Shown one piece after another: positions 9,871-20,108 of a stretch of DNA of 64,000 nt. A program made the position numbers and the translations under genes. The notes under the pieces were generated by a model. That model ran no database searches, had not been told where the DNA came from, and saw only the letters and a list, made by a program, of their open reading frames with translations. Within the stretch, counting starts at the first letter, position 1. Every line of letters starts with the position of its first letter. Location of the stretch: NCBI GenBank assembly GCA_051531975.1, contig JAOPTT010000009.1:160001-224000 (forward strand), given 5' to 3'. This DNA comes from Spirochaetaceae bacterium. Its GTDB lineage: Bacteria > Spirochaetota > Spirochaetia > DSM-2461.

Positions 9871-11133
9871 ATGTTTTTAATAAAGTTAGCCTTTAAAAAT
9901 CTTACCAGGCATAAGAGAAGAACTATTATTACCTCTTCGGCACTAGCTGTTGGTTTAATAATGTTTCTGCTTTTAGATTCTCTATTAGTTGGAATGTTTG
10001 AAGCTTCAAATACAAACTTAAAGGACTCAGAAACTGCAGAAGGTAAAGTTTTAACTACTGGAGCATTTGAAGATATAAAATTTCTCCCTTTTAATAATCG
10101 AGTAAAAGATCCAGATTCAATAATGGAAATAATAGAAGAGTTAGGTGGTAAAGCTTCAAAACGTGTTGTCATAAATGCGGATATGATCTTTACCGAGGAA
10201 TACTTTCCATTAGCAGGTTCTACCCCCATACTTTTTACATCTGTTGATTTAAAAACTGATAACAACGCATATAATGTTTTCAGAAATCGATATTTAGTTG
10301 ATGGTCGGTTTATGGAAGAAGGATCCGATGAAGTTGTAATGGGGTCATGGTTAGCAGAGGATATTGGAGCAGAAGTTGGTGATTGGTTTACCATCTCTAC
10401 TAGAACAGCCCCAGATGATGACGATCCAGGATATCAACAAACAATTGATGTCGAAATTGTTGGTTTAGTAAAGGTTGAAAACCCAATGATAAATAGACGT
10501 GTTGTCTATTATCCTCTTGATATGTCCGATTATTACTTAGATCTTTATGGATCTGTAACAGAGGTCGCACTTAGAGTTCCCTTTGGTGAAACATTAGAAG
10601 AGTTTCAAGATCGAATTAATCCAAAATTACCTAAAGATCTGAAATATTATACCTGGAAAGAGGTTGCTGCTGACTACGTAAAATTATTAGAAGCTGAGAC
10701 TGGAGGAAGTGCAGTTATTTTGTTTCTTATTGTTTTAATAGCATTAGTAGGTATTACAAATACAATGTTAATGACTATAAATGAGAGACAGAGAGAACTT
10801 GGAATGATGAGAGCTTTAGGAATGTCAGGTAAAGATATTAGATTAGCTTTCCTCTACGAAGCTGCGGGAATAGGAATAATAGGTTCTGTTATTGGTGTTC
10901 TACTGGGAGTATTACTAAATATACCAATGGTAGAGTATGGTATAGATTACTCCTCCTATATGAGAAACACAGATATGGGGTATAAAATTAGTGCAATCAT
11001 GAGAGGGTCATGGAATATACCGTCATTTTTTATCGCTTTCTTCTCAGGGATTATTATTCCAGTTCTTGTCGGTATTATTCCTACAAAAAAAGCGATACTT
11101 AAAAGTATTCCAGACTGTATAAGTAGTAGGTAG
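9871..11133 (+). CDS. FtsX/LolE-like ABC permease (pair 2, subunit A; paralog of 5548-6810)
   Basis: Collinear with and strongly similar to 5548-6810. Confidence 0.88.
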   Translation: MFLIKLAFKNLTRHKRRTIITSSALAVGLIMFLLLDSLLVGMFEASNTNLKDSETAEGKVLTTGAFEDIKFLPFNNRVKDPDSIMEIIEELGGKASKRVVINADMIFTEEYFPLAGSTPILFTSVDLKTDNNAYNVFRNRYLVDGRFMEEGSDEVVMGSWLAEDIGAEVGDWFTISTRTAPDDDDPGYQQTIDVEIVGLVKVENPMINRRVVYYPLDMSDYYLDLYGSVTEVALRVPFGETLEEFQDRINPKLPKDLKYYTWKEVAADYVKLLEAETGGSAVILFLIVLIALVGITNTMLMTINERQRELGMMRALGMSGKDIRLAFLYEAAGIGIIGSVIGVLLGVLLNIPMVEYGIDYSSYMRNTDMGYKISAIMRGSWNIPSFFIAFFSGIIIPVLVGIIPTKKAILKSIPDCISSR

Positions 11134-11193
11134 CCTGGTCGGAACACATATGTATGCACATTGCCTGCTCAGCTAGGTAACCAAGGAGATAAT

Positions 11194-12417
11194 ATGAAGC
11201 TTAAAAAAATAGCCATAAGAAATATTAAACGGAATAAAAAGAGATCCATGTTATCGATTATAGCTACAGCAATTGCAACTTTTGCTATTGTATTTATGTT
11301 CTCATATATTAAAGGTATGGAACTTGATATGAAGGATATGGCATACCATTACGATACTGGTGAAGTTCAAATTAGAAATAAAAAAGTAGATGAGAAGATA
11401 TTCTCGTTAGACAGAGCAGTAGATGATTATAAAAATATAATTTCGATTATACAAAAAGAGTTACCCCAATTGGAAATATCTCCAAGACTTCGGTTTCCAT
11501 CCCAGGTTCTAAAAGATGATAGAACGTTTACATGTTTTGGAATTGCAGTAGATTTTGAAACAGAACAAAAGTATTTAAAACTAGAAGAGAAGATTATAGA
11601 GGGGCGACTTCCAAAATCTCCTAGGGAAGTTTTTATGGGCATCGGTTTAGCCCAGGAGTTAGGACTGAATATAGGTGATAAATTTACCCCAATAACCATG
11701 ACTAGAAAAGAAGCTAGCTCCGGGATTACTTTCAAAGTTGTAGGTTTTGGGAAGTTTTCTAATAGTGCTTTTACAAATAAAACTTTTTTAGCACCATTAA
11801 CAGATATTCCTACAATTTTAAAAATGAAAGATGCAGTCTCTGAAATACTATTTAAAAACATAGGTGATGATTATTGGCTTTCTACAGCTGACGAGATAAA
11901 TAAAATCTTAGAAAAAAACGGTTATGATCAAGTAGAAGCTCTTTCCTGGACTGTTGTTGGATTAAACTATGGAATGTTAGAGATGGCGGATATTGCATAC
12001 TCAATTATGGCTCTATTCTTTTTTGCATTAGCCAGTACTGTTATTGCAAATACTATGTTAATGGTTGTATTTGAGAGGAAGAAAGAGATTGGAACGATTA
12101 CAGCAATGGGAATGACAAGCAATGAAGTAATTAGACTATTTTTTCTTGAAGCATTAATGTTAGGTATTTTAGGTGCTGGTTTGGGAGTTCTATTAGGTGT
12201 TATTCTAGTAATTCCTCTCTCATATATCGGTATGGACCTCTCATCTATGGCTGACTCTGTAGACTTTGGTATCTCATTTCTAATCTACCCTCAGTTAACA
12301 CTAAAATCCACAGTTTTTGTATTTTTCTATTCGGTTTTTGTTGCCTCATTTGTCTCTTTTTTCCCATCAAGAAGTGCAGCAAAGGTAGACCCTGTAGTAG
12401 CATTAAGAGCAGAATGA
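11194..12417 (+). CDS. FtsX/LolC-like ABC permease (pair 2, subunit B; paralog of 6820-8049)
   Basis: Start moved to ATG 11194 (AAGGAG SD; aligns with the paralog N-terminus); same C-terminus. Confidence 0.88.
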   Translation: MKLKKIAIRNIKRNKKRSMLSIIATAIATFAIVFMFSYIKGMELDMKDMAYHYDTGEVQIRNKKVDEKIFSLDRAVDDYKNIISIIQKELPQLEISPRLRFPSQVLKDDRTFTCFGIAVDFETEQKYLKLEEKIIEGRLPKSPREVFMGIGLAQELGLNIGDKFTPITMTRKEASSGITFKVVGFGKFSNSAFTNKTFLAPLTDIPTILKMKDAVSEILFKNIGDDYWLSTADEINKILEKNGYDQVEALSWTVVGLNYGMLEMADIAYSIMALFFFALASTVIANTMLMVVFERKKEIGTITAMGMTSNEVIRLFFLEALMLGILGAGLGVLLGVILVIPLSYIGMDLSSMADSVDFGISFLIYPQLTLKSTVFVFFYSVFVASFVSFFPSRSAAKVDPVVALRAE

Positions 12418-12435
12418 TTTATATTAGGAGATAAA

Positions 12436-13023
12436 ATGAGTCCAGTAAAAGTCCCTACAAGAGATGAAGCTTTAGAGCTTTTTAAAAAATATAATAAAAC
12501 AGAGAGCCTTTTAAAACACGCTCTATCCGTAGAAGCTGTAATGCGATATATTGCAGCAAAATTAGGTGAGGATGTTGAACATTGGGGTATTATTGGCCTT
12601 GTTCATGATATTGATTACGAAATGTATCCAGATAAACATTGTATAAAATGTGAAGAGATACTAAATAAAAATAGTTGGCCAAAAGAGTATGTTAGATCAG
12701 TTGTTAGCCATGGTTGGGGCATTTGTTCTGATATTAAGCCAGAATCACTATTAGAAAAGTATCTATATACAATAGATGAACTTACAGGTCTTGTTGCAAC
12801 AACATCCCTTGTTAGACCTTCTAAAAGTGTATTGGATACCAAAGTTAAATCTGTAAAAAAGAAATGGAAAAACAAAAACTTTGCTGCAGGTGTTGATCGA
12901 TCTATAATTGAAAACGGAGCAGCTATTCTTGAACTTGAAATAGCAGATGTCATTGATCTAACTATAATGGGTATGAGAACAGCTGCAAAAGAGATTGGAC
13001 TAGAAGGAAATGTGGATATCTAG
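12436..13023 (+). CDS. HD-domain (HDIG-type) hydrolase
   Basis: H...GLVHDIDY...H...SH...DELTG; FAAGVDR. Confidence 0.85.
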   Translation: MSPVKVPTRDEALELFKKYNKTESLLKHALSVEAVMRYIAAKLGEDVEHWGIIGLVHDIDYEMYPDKHCIKCEEILNKNSWPKEYVRSVVSHGWGICSDIKPESLLEKYLYTIDELTGLVATTSLVRPSKSVLDTKVKSVKKKWKNKNFAAGVDRSIIENGAAILELEIADVIDLTIMGMRTAAKEIGLEGNVDI

Positions 13024-15365
13024 TCCTTTTTTTTACCTCTGAATGTAGATATATAGTAAAGAATTATTAATATATCTATTTTTAGTATTTCGTCAGTAGA
13101 ATTTTCTGAATACTCCTCAGCCTGAGTTGTAAACCACCACCAGATTCCAGTCTTTTGATCCAGAGGAAATAGATGTTCTAAGTATGTCATCTCTTTATCA
13201 GAACTGTCCTTATCTAAGATGGTTCTGACTATAGTGATACTTGATATTTTAAGCATAGCAAAACATTCACTGTATTTATTTTCATCTAATAAAGCTTCTA
13301 TTTTTTTGAATCTTAAAACCAATCTTTTTCTGTTTTCTGCACTAAGTGAATTAGAACTACATTTAGATATCAGCTTTTCTGTATTTTTAATAACATCCGT
13401 AAATAGATGTTTAATATGTGTAGTTCTATTTGAATCTTTACCAGTTATATATTTATAAAATTCCCCAGGTTTCCCTAATAAGTTACCAATAGAAATAGCT
13501 AACTGCCTGGCTAATACTGGATTTAAAGAGCAGTGCATTTTGGGAATAATATCCCATACCGCTTCTAAAACACCAAGCTGAGATATTGCAACAGCTCCAG
13601 TAGCAGCAAGTTTATCAGATTTATTTTTGAATATATTTAATAAGTTCTTTATTGATTCATCGCTTCCTAACATCCCTAATGCTTTAACTGCAGCGGTTTG
13701 AAGTTCTTCGGATTCTGAATCTAAAGCTGAAAAAAGAACAGGTAGTGCACTCTCTGCACCTATCTTACCTAGGGCTAACGCAGCTTGACTTCGGATTGTT
13801 GAATTTTCATCCTTTACCTCGTTCATTAATGGTTCAACGGCCTCAAGGCTTCTAATTCTACCTAACGCTCTTGCTGCTTCCTCTCTAACTTCTGAGTCTG
13901 GATCGTATAGTCTACTTAAAATATCATCTAGAGCTATATCATCTGAATCACCATCTATTGCTCTTAAAGTTTTCTCTATTTTATTGGAACTTGTTGTACC
14001 ACTTAAAGTACCCATATTTGAGAAAGTTCTAAAAACACCAGGTCTAACAACACGACTTACAACAAATTTCAGAGGTTTACTCTTATTCTCTTTTACACTA
14101 GAAATTATTAACAGACCTATAACTATTAAAAATAGTGATAACAGAAGAATGATATGAATATTATTAACATGGAAACTATTAAAAATGGTTAGATCAATTC
14201 CCTCTGTCTTATCTTTTAACATCCCTCCGAAATAAGCTCCACCAGCTGATATTACCCCAACTATTGTCATATTCCAAGCAACAAAAGCTGTTCTGTTTTT
14301 ATCTGGAGTTAGGCTTAACATCATCTGGTTTATTCCATCCCATAAAGCAGGTGCTAATAAACCACTAGAGATAGCAATAAGTGGTAAAATAAATGTGTAG
14401 TTATTTGAAGTTAAAATAAAATAAAAAAGATTTGCAAAAGCAGATAAACATCCAATCATTAACACTGGTTTTCGACCAAACTTATCCATTATTAAACCCC
14501 ATGATGGAGATACTAATATCCAGGTTAACTGGGAGATTACAAACATTATACCTAACCATGTATTAGGTGCTGCTATAGCATCTTTAGCTGTAATATAAGG
14601 AGCTGTAAAAGGAGCAAATACTATAACTGCAAATACTGTAACACCTACTCCAACTGAAAAGAGTATGAAGTTTTTATTGGCTAATGGTTCTAAAAAATTA
14701 GTAAGAGACAATTTCTCTTTCTGTTTCTGTAAAGGTTCTGGAACAAATATAAACGCGATCATATCTGCTATTCCAGCAACTGAAGCTATTGAAAAAATTA
14801 CCCCATAGACAACAAAGATATTAACACTTGTCCATGTATCTAGAGCAACTGAACAACCCATAAACCAGATTATATTAACTATGTTTGATATAGATGAACG
14901 TTGGCCAAAAAATGTGGCTCTAATATTATCAGGGATAAGGTCCGCCATCCAACTCCACCAACCAGCACTACTTGAACTTGATAAAATATTACTAATAGCG
15001 GCACCTAAAAATACTATTTTTATGACCATGCTACTATCATTTGATCTAGCCATATAAAAACTGGTTATAGCTAACAACACACCTAAAAGTCTATGAATAA
15101 GATGCATGATTATAAAGTATTTTTTCCGTGTTTTTAGTTTTCCATAAACAATAATTCCCAATAAATTAAATAGAGTTGATAGCTGTACTATTCCAATTAA
15201 AATTCCTAATTGGCTAGAAGTTGCACCTAAATGATTTGTGAAAAAAACATTAAAAATCGGTTGTGGTGAACATACTGCAAACCAGATTGTAAACGCCCCA
15301 CCTCCAAATAAGTTTAACTTTAAAGATCTATTAAATTCTTTTTGTGAAATATTATTATTGTCCAT
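13020..15365 (-). CDS. MFS transporter fused to C-terminal HEAT-repeat domain
   Basis: ~12 TM segments with DKFGRKP motif, then VREEAARALG / IRSQAALALG / LQTAAVKALG repeats. Confidence 0.85.
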   Translation of the reverse strand: MDNNNISQKEFNRSLKLNLFGGGAFTIWFAVCSPQPIFNVFFTNHLGATSSQLGILIGIVQLSTLFNLLGIIVYGKLKTRKKYFIIMHLIHRLLGVLLAITSFYMARSNDSSMVIKIVFLGAAISNILSSSSSAGWWSWMADLIPDNIRATFFGQRSSISNIVNIIWFMGCSVALDTWTSVNIFVVYGVIFSIASVAGIADMIAFIFVPEPLQKQKEKLSLTNFLEPLANKNFILFSVGVGVTVFAVIVFAPFTAPYITAKDAIAAPNTWLGIMFVISQLTWILVSPSWGLIMDKFGRKPVLMIGCLSAFANLFYFILTSNNYTFILPLIAISSGLLAPALWDGINQMMLSLTPDKNRTAFVAWNMTIVGVISAGGAYFGGMLKDKTEGIDLTIFNSFHVNNIHIILLLSLFLIVIGLLIISSVKENKSKPLKFVVSRVVRPGVFRTFSNMGTLSGTTSSNKIEKTLRAIDGDSDDIALDDILSRLYDPDSEVREEAARALGRIRSLEAVEPLMNEVKDENSTIRSQAALALGKIGAESALPVLFSALDSESEELQTAAVKALGMLGSDESIKNLLNIFKNKSDKLAATGAVAISQLGVLEAVWDIIPKMHCSLNPVLARQLAISIGNLLGKPGEFYKYITGKDSNRTTHIKHLFTDVIKNTEKLISKCSSNSLSAENRKRLVLRFKKIEALLDENKYSECFAMLKISSITIVRTILDKDSSDKEMTYLEHLFPLDQKTGIWWWFTTQAEEYSENSTDEILKIDILIILYYISTFRGKKKD

Positions 15366-15417
15366 ACATCTTTTTTAAACTCTTAAAAGCTATTAGTCTA
15401 TAGCTATTGGAGATTTT

Positions 15418-16320
15418 ATGACAAAAAAGAGTTTACTCATTATTTTCTGTTACTTAGCTATCTACCTAATTTGGGGAACTACATATTATTTCATAGCAAA
15501 AGCTGTAGAAACAATACCACCAAGTGTTGTGGTTTCTTTTAGATTTTTAGTAGGTGGACTTGTTATATTTTTAATACCAATACTCAGTGGGAAGATTAAA
15601 AGATTACCTACAAAACAAGAGGTTGGGACTTCAATATTTTTAGGATTTTTTCTACTTATTATGGGAAATGGAATAGTAACCTTTGCAGAGCAAACAATAG
15701 ATAGTTATATTGCGTCTCTAATAATTAGCACTGTTCCATTAATTATTGCTCTTATGAATATGATTATATTTAGAACAAAATTAAATTATAAACAGATCTT
15801 AGGTTTTTTTATCGGTTTTACTGGTGTTGCATTTTTACTCTATAACGATACTCCAAGAGATCCTGCAGAATTTCAGGGTATTTTGTTGCTGTTTTTAGCA
15901 ATTTTTTGCTGGGGTTTTGGAACAGTTTGGTCAAAAAAACTTACTCATCATTACGATACTTTTTTTTCCACTGGAATGCAGATGATTTTTGCAGGAATAA
16001 TAGCTTTTATTGTAACTATAATTCAGGGAGAAGATCTTAACCTCATTTTAAACAATAGCAGCCAACTCTCAATGTTCTCTGTACTGTTTTTAACCTTTGT
16101 TGGTGGTTCTGCTATTGGTGCTTATAATTATTTGTTAAAAAATCAACCAACAGGAAGGATCTCTAGTTACGCCCTAGTAAATCCGTTAATTGCGACTATT
16201 GTTGGACTATATATCGGTGGAGAGCAGCCAGCTAAGTATTTGTGGATAGGAATAATCCTTATTTTAACTGGCTTAGTATTCATGCTCTATTTAGCTAGAG
16301 TTAAAAAGCCTAAACTCTGA
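15418..16320 (+). CDS. EamA/DMT family transporter (YedA-like)
   Basis: IYLIWGTTY, SSYALVNP; ~10 TM segments. Confidence 0.88.
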   Translation: MTKKSLLIIFCYLAIYLIWGTTYYFIAKAVETIPPSVVVSFRFLVGGLVIFLIPILSGKIKRLPTKQEVGTSIFLGFFLLIMGNGIVTFAEQTIDSYIASLIISTVPLIIALMNMIIFRTKLNYKQILGFFIGFTGVAFLLYNDTPRDPAEFQGILLLFLAIFCWGFGTVWSKKLTHHYDTFFSTGMQMIFAGIIAFIVTIIQGEDLNLILNNSSQLSMFSVLFLTFVGGSAIGAYNYLLKNQPTGRISSYALVNPLIATIVGLYIGGEQPAKYLWIGIILILTGLVFMLYLARVKKPKL

Positions 16321-17771
16321 TATAGTTCAAGAACTCTGTTATTTAATTCTTTATATAAATCTGTATTAAAACCTCTGGTTAGTTGGTTTGCAATATCGGA
16401 AATCAGGGAGTGTAAATCTTCATTCTGGTTAAAAAGAGGAATATAAATTTTATTTATAGTATTTGGTTGAGCAAAAGATTTTGCACCTTCTTCGTTTAAT
16501 AAATTAAGTTGACTTTTAAATATTTTAGAATTCATAATACCACAAAGGAAGTGTCCCTCTAGTTCTGTCTCTGTTGGAATATAACAATTCATGGACTGAT
16601 TTGGTATTGTATCGGTTGTAAGTGCTGCAACTAACTCTTTGGCTCCTAAACCTCTCCATACAACTTTATATTTTGCGCAAGTATATGGCCCAACTCCAAA
16701 TAGAGAGTACCAACACTTTTGGGCAAATCTAGATTTCCTATGTTCTAATTTTTCTCTAAAACCTGATAAATAATTATATGCAATAGGGTAGTTTGCCATC
16801 AAAGTTTCTTCAGGTATAAGTTTTCCATTTTTATACGGATATAATATCTGGTAACTAGGTTCGTAATTAAAGGGGTTTATATCAGAACTTTTTAGAAGTG
16901 GTTTTAATAATTTTGATTCGAAGGCTGGCTTTTCTTTAAAAAAGAAAACACTGTTTGCACCTAAGGTATTAACACCTTGTCTAGCTTTATATTCTGATGT
17001 TTGTAATATTGTCTGCCCTTGCTCTACTAAATCATCCCCAGCTTTTACTAATTTAATTATCCTGTTATTTACAATATACTTTATAGGAAACTTAGTTTTA
17101 CCACCATTTTTAGCTAAAATATAGAAGCAATTACGTGTTGTATTATTAAATGGATTATCATCACTAATATCGACAATGGACTCTACGACAATGTTTTGAA
17201 ATTTTCTAAAACCAGCAGATGCTGAATTACCTTTAATTAATGAGTTAGGAAGGATAACTCCAATTCGTCCACTGTTTTTTAAATATTGTTTTACTGTGAA
17301 TGCAAAAATTAATTGTGAAATATCCCCTCTACTATCACCTAGTAACATTTTAAAACCTTTTGATTCAGGAAAGTAAGATAACCATATAGGTTTTATCTTT
17401 TCTCGGTAATCTTCATCTAAGTCTGAAAAATTAATAAATGGAGGATTCCCAATATATAAATCACATTTTGGTATAGGGAATTTATCTAATAATATATCCC
17501 CTTTAAAGTAGTGTAAGTTTTTAATTCCTTTTATATCTTCTAGGACATTATTATAAATGGTCTCATTTTTTTCTATACCATAAAATTCAATTTCTTGGTT
17601 TTTTTTTGCTAGATCTATTAAAAAATTACATGAGCCTGCTGCAGAATCTATTACATGTTTAACATTATTAAGTTTAAAGTGAGAAGTTATTTTATTAACA
17701 ACATGAAGCTTAGTAAAAAATATCCCTTGCTTTAATCTAGTCTTTGAATCTATTTGGTTCTCTATATCCAT
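16287..17771 (-). CDS. Orphan N6-adenine DNA methyltransferase (gamma class, TaqI/Eco57I-like) with C-terminal TRD
   Basis: GIFFT motif X, VIDSAAGSCNF motif I, IGNPPF motif IV, LKNSGRIGVILP. Confidence 0.8.
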   Translation of the reverse strand: MDIENQIDSKTRLKQGIFFTKLHVVNKITSHFKLNNVKHVIDSAAGSCNFLIDLAKKNQEIEFYGIEKNETIYNNVLEDIKGIKNLHYFKGDILLDKFPIPKCDLYIGNPPFINFSDLDEDYREKIKPIWLSYFPESKGFKMLLGDSRGDISQLIFAFTVKQYLKNSGRIGVILPNSLIKGNSASAGFRKFQNIVVESIVDISDDNPFNNTTRNCFYILAKNGGKTKFPIKYIVNNRIIKLVKAGDDLVEQGQTILQTSEYKARQGVNTLGANSVFFFKEKPAFESKLLKPLLKSSDINPFNYEPSYQILYPYKNGKLIPEETLMANYPIAYNYLSGFREKLEHRKSRFAQKCWYSLFGVGPYTCAKYKVVWRGLGAKELVAALTTDTIPNQSMNCYIPTETELEGHFLCGIMNSKIFKSQLNLLNEEGAKSFAQPNTINKIYIPLFNQNEDLHSLISDIANQLTRGFNTDLYKELNNRVLELYQSLGFLTLAK

Positions 17772-17846
17772 CGGTGTTATTATAATAGAAATAGAATTTC
17801 ATGAATACCACTATGAAAAGGAACAATTTAGGACGATAATAAAATC

Positions 17847-18482
17847 ATGATAGAGTACATATACGAAAATAATATTGATGATAGAGCAATTCGAAAGGCT
17901 TGTTTTATCCTGGATAAGGGTGGTTTAGTTGCATTTCCAACAGAGTCTAGTTGGTCCATTGGCTGCAGTATTAACTCAAAAGAGGGTCTAAAAAAGCTAA
18001 AAACCTTAAAAGGTGATAAAAAGATTAACTCCATAAGTATTTTGTGCTCAAATATTCAGCAGATACAAGAGATGGCTAATCTATCTAATAGTAACTTTAA
18101 ACTTATAAAACAGCATACTCCTGGACCATATGTATTTATTCTTCCCGCTAAAGCTAGAATAGAAAAAGTAATTAATATGAAAAGAGCAGAGGTTGGAGTA
18201 AGAATTCCTGGAAATAAAATTCCTTTTGCTCTGATTGCCCAACATGAACATCCACTATTTGTTATAACTGCAGCTAGAGAGATGACCGAAGGTGATAGTT
18301 GGGACTATACGTTTACAAGAGAGAATCTCTATACCCATGGTTGGGAAGTTGAAGATATCCCTGGTCTTGATCTGGTTTTAGATACTGGAGAAGAACTACA
18401 TACATATTTATCTACAGTGGTAAGACTTACAGAGGATGAACCAGAAATTATTAGAGAGGGAACGGGTTTTACTGAACTTTGA
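17847..18482 (+). CDS. Sua5/YrdC/YciO family protein (TsaC-like; YciO-type)
   Basis: GGLVAFPTES, TPGPYVFIL, VGVRIP, STVV, IIREG. Confidence 0.85.
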   Translation: MIEYIYENNIDDRAIRKACFILDKGGLVAFPTESSWSIGCSINSKEGLKKLKTLKGDKKINSISILCSNIQQIQEMANLSNSNFKLIKQHTPGPYVFILPAKARIEKVINMKRAEVGVRIPGNKIPFALIAQHEHPLFVITAAREMTEGDSWDYTFTRENLYTHGWEVEDIPGLDLVLDTGEELHTYLSTVVRLTEDEPEIIREGTGFTEL

Positions 18483-19855
18483 AAACATTTAAATTATTTC
18501 TTCTAATATTCATTATTTTTTTAATTGGAACTATGGGTTATGTGATAATAGAGGATTGGAGTGTATTTGACTCTTTTTATATGACTGCTATATCGATAAC
18601 CACCGTTGGTTTTGGTGAGACGAAACCCCTATCTGAAACGGGTAAAATTTTCACTGTTATATTGATATTTGTTGGACTTGGAGCAGCGGCTGTTTTTGCC
18701 TCCCATTTAGCTAAGGCATTTTTAGAAAATCATTTCAGAAACTTTTTTGGAGCAAGTAAAATGTTAAAAAAGATAAACCGATTAAAGGATCATTATATTA
18801 TATGTGGATATGGCGGTGTTGGTAGTGCTATTTGTACTACATTAAGCGATGCTGGAATAAAATTTGTTGTTGTAGAACAAGATGAGGATACAGCTGGATG
18901 GGCTGAGAAACGAAATTACATGACTGTTATTGGTAAAGCTACATACGATTCAACTCTTATTCAAGCAGGAATTAAAAACGCCAAAGGCATCGTTGTTAGT
19001 ATGGGAGACGATTCTCTTAATATGTTTGTTTCTTTAGCAGCAAGGGAGCTTAATCCTGATATATTTATTATTGCTAGAGGGTATAAAGCGGGAATTGAGG
19101 GCCGACTTGTAAGAGCTGGTGCAAATACTGTTGTTTATCCTATAAAAATGGGGGGAGAGCAGATTGCTCACCTAATAAAAAGACAACTTCACTCCACTGA
19201 TATTAAAGTTGAAGCTACTGGCCTAAGTAGCTCTGTAATGGGGTATAATCTTAAACTTTATAAACACTATAACGAAGATGAAGCAACAATAGCTGATGTT
19301 GTCAAAAGAATGAAAGCCTTAAATGCGGTCTCCTTAATTAAGAAAGGTCAAACCGATGAGATTACCAAACCAGAAGATGACTTAATTGTTCATCAGGATG
19401 ATAATGTTTTATTAGTAATCGAAGAGTACCAGAAAGAGGATCCAAAAGTTAAAGCGAACTCTCTGTTTTTCTGGAAAGAGAAATATGAACTTGGTTTAGA
19501 CCAGACTGATCTGGAACATAAAGAACTCTTTAAGATTAGTGCAGAATTTGTTGAAGCCGTTAAAAGTGGGGCAGAGAAAGATATTGTAACTCGATGTTTT
19601 AATAGATTATTAGATCAAACTATTGAGCACTTTGATAACGAAGAAAAACTATTTACACAGTATAATTATGATGATAAAAAGCATCATCTAATAACTCATA
19701 AAAAGTTATTAACTAGTTTAAATAGTATAAATAAAAATAGAGATTATAACTTTAGTTTAGGTGTAGAGGAGTTCTTGTTTAAAAACCAGGTTTCTCATAT
19801 TCTAGAAGAAGACAAAAAATTTGTAGATTATGTAAAGGAGAATTTCCATGGCTAA
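18479..19855 (+). CDS. 2-TM potassium channel + TrkA-N (RCK) + C-terminal bacteriohemerythrin domain
   Basis: TTVGFG filter; IICGYGGVG RCK motif; W...DLEH, HFDNEE, HLITH, HILEED hemerythrin ligands. TTG start overlaps the upstream stop. Confidence 0.85.
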   Translation: MKTFKLFLLIFIIFLIGTMGYVIIEDWSVFDSFYMTAISITTVGFGETKPLSETGKIFTVILIFVGLGAAAVFASHLAKAFLENHFRNFFGASKMLKKINRLKDHYIICGYGGVGSAICTTLSDAGIKFVVVEQDEDTAGWAEKRNYMTVIGKATYDSTLIQAGIKNAKGIVVSMGDDSLNMFVSLAARELNPDIFIIARGYKAGIEGRLVRAGANTVVYPIKMGGEQIAHLIKRQLHSTDIKVEATGLSSSVMGYNLKLYKHYNEDEATIADVVKRMKALNAVSLIKKGQTDEITKPEDDLIVHQDDNVLLVIEEYQKEDPKVKANSLFFWKEKYELGLDQTDLEHKELFKISAEFVEAVKSGAEKDIVTRCFNRLLDQTIEHFDNEEKLFTQYNYDDKKHHLITHKKLLTSLNSINKNRDYNFSLGVEEFLFKNQVSHILEEDKKFVDYVKENFHG

Positions 19856-20108
19856 TGTTGTTATGTATTCAAAAAAAGTATGTCCATATTGTGTTAGAGC
19901 AAAAGGATTGTTAAAAGCTAAAGGTGTGGAAGTTGTAGAGATTTCTATAGAAGGCGATATTTCAAAAAGAGAAGAGATGTTATCAAAATCTAATGGTGCT
20001 ATGACAGTTCCACAAATATTTATTGATGATTTTCATGTTGGTGGATGTGATGATCTATTTGCCTTAGAAGCTAAAGGTGAGCTTAATAAACTACTTTCCG
20101 TTTCTTAA
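19848..20108 (+). CDS. grxC: Glutaredoxin 3
   Basis: CPYC, TVPQIFI, GGCDDL. Confidence 0.92.
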   Translation: MANVVMYSKKVCPYCVRAKGLLKAKGVEVVEISIEGDISKREEMLSKSNGAMTVPQIFIDDFHVGGCDDLFALEAKGELNKLLSVS

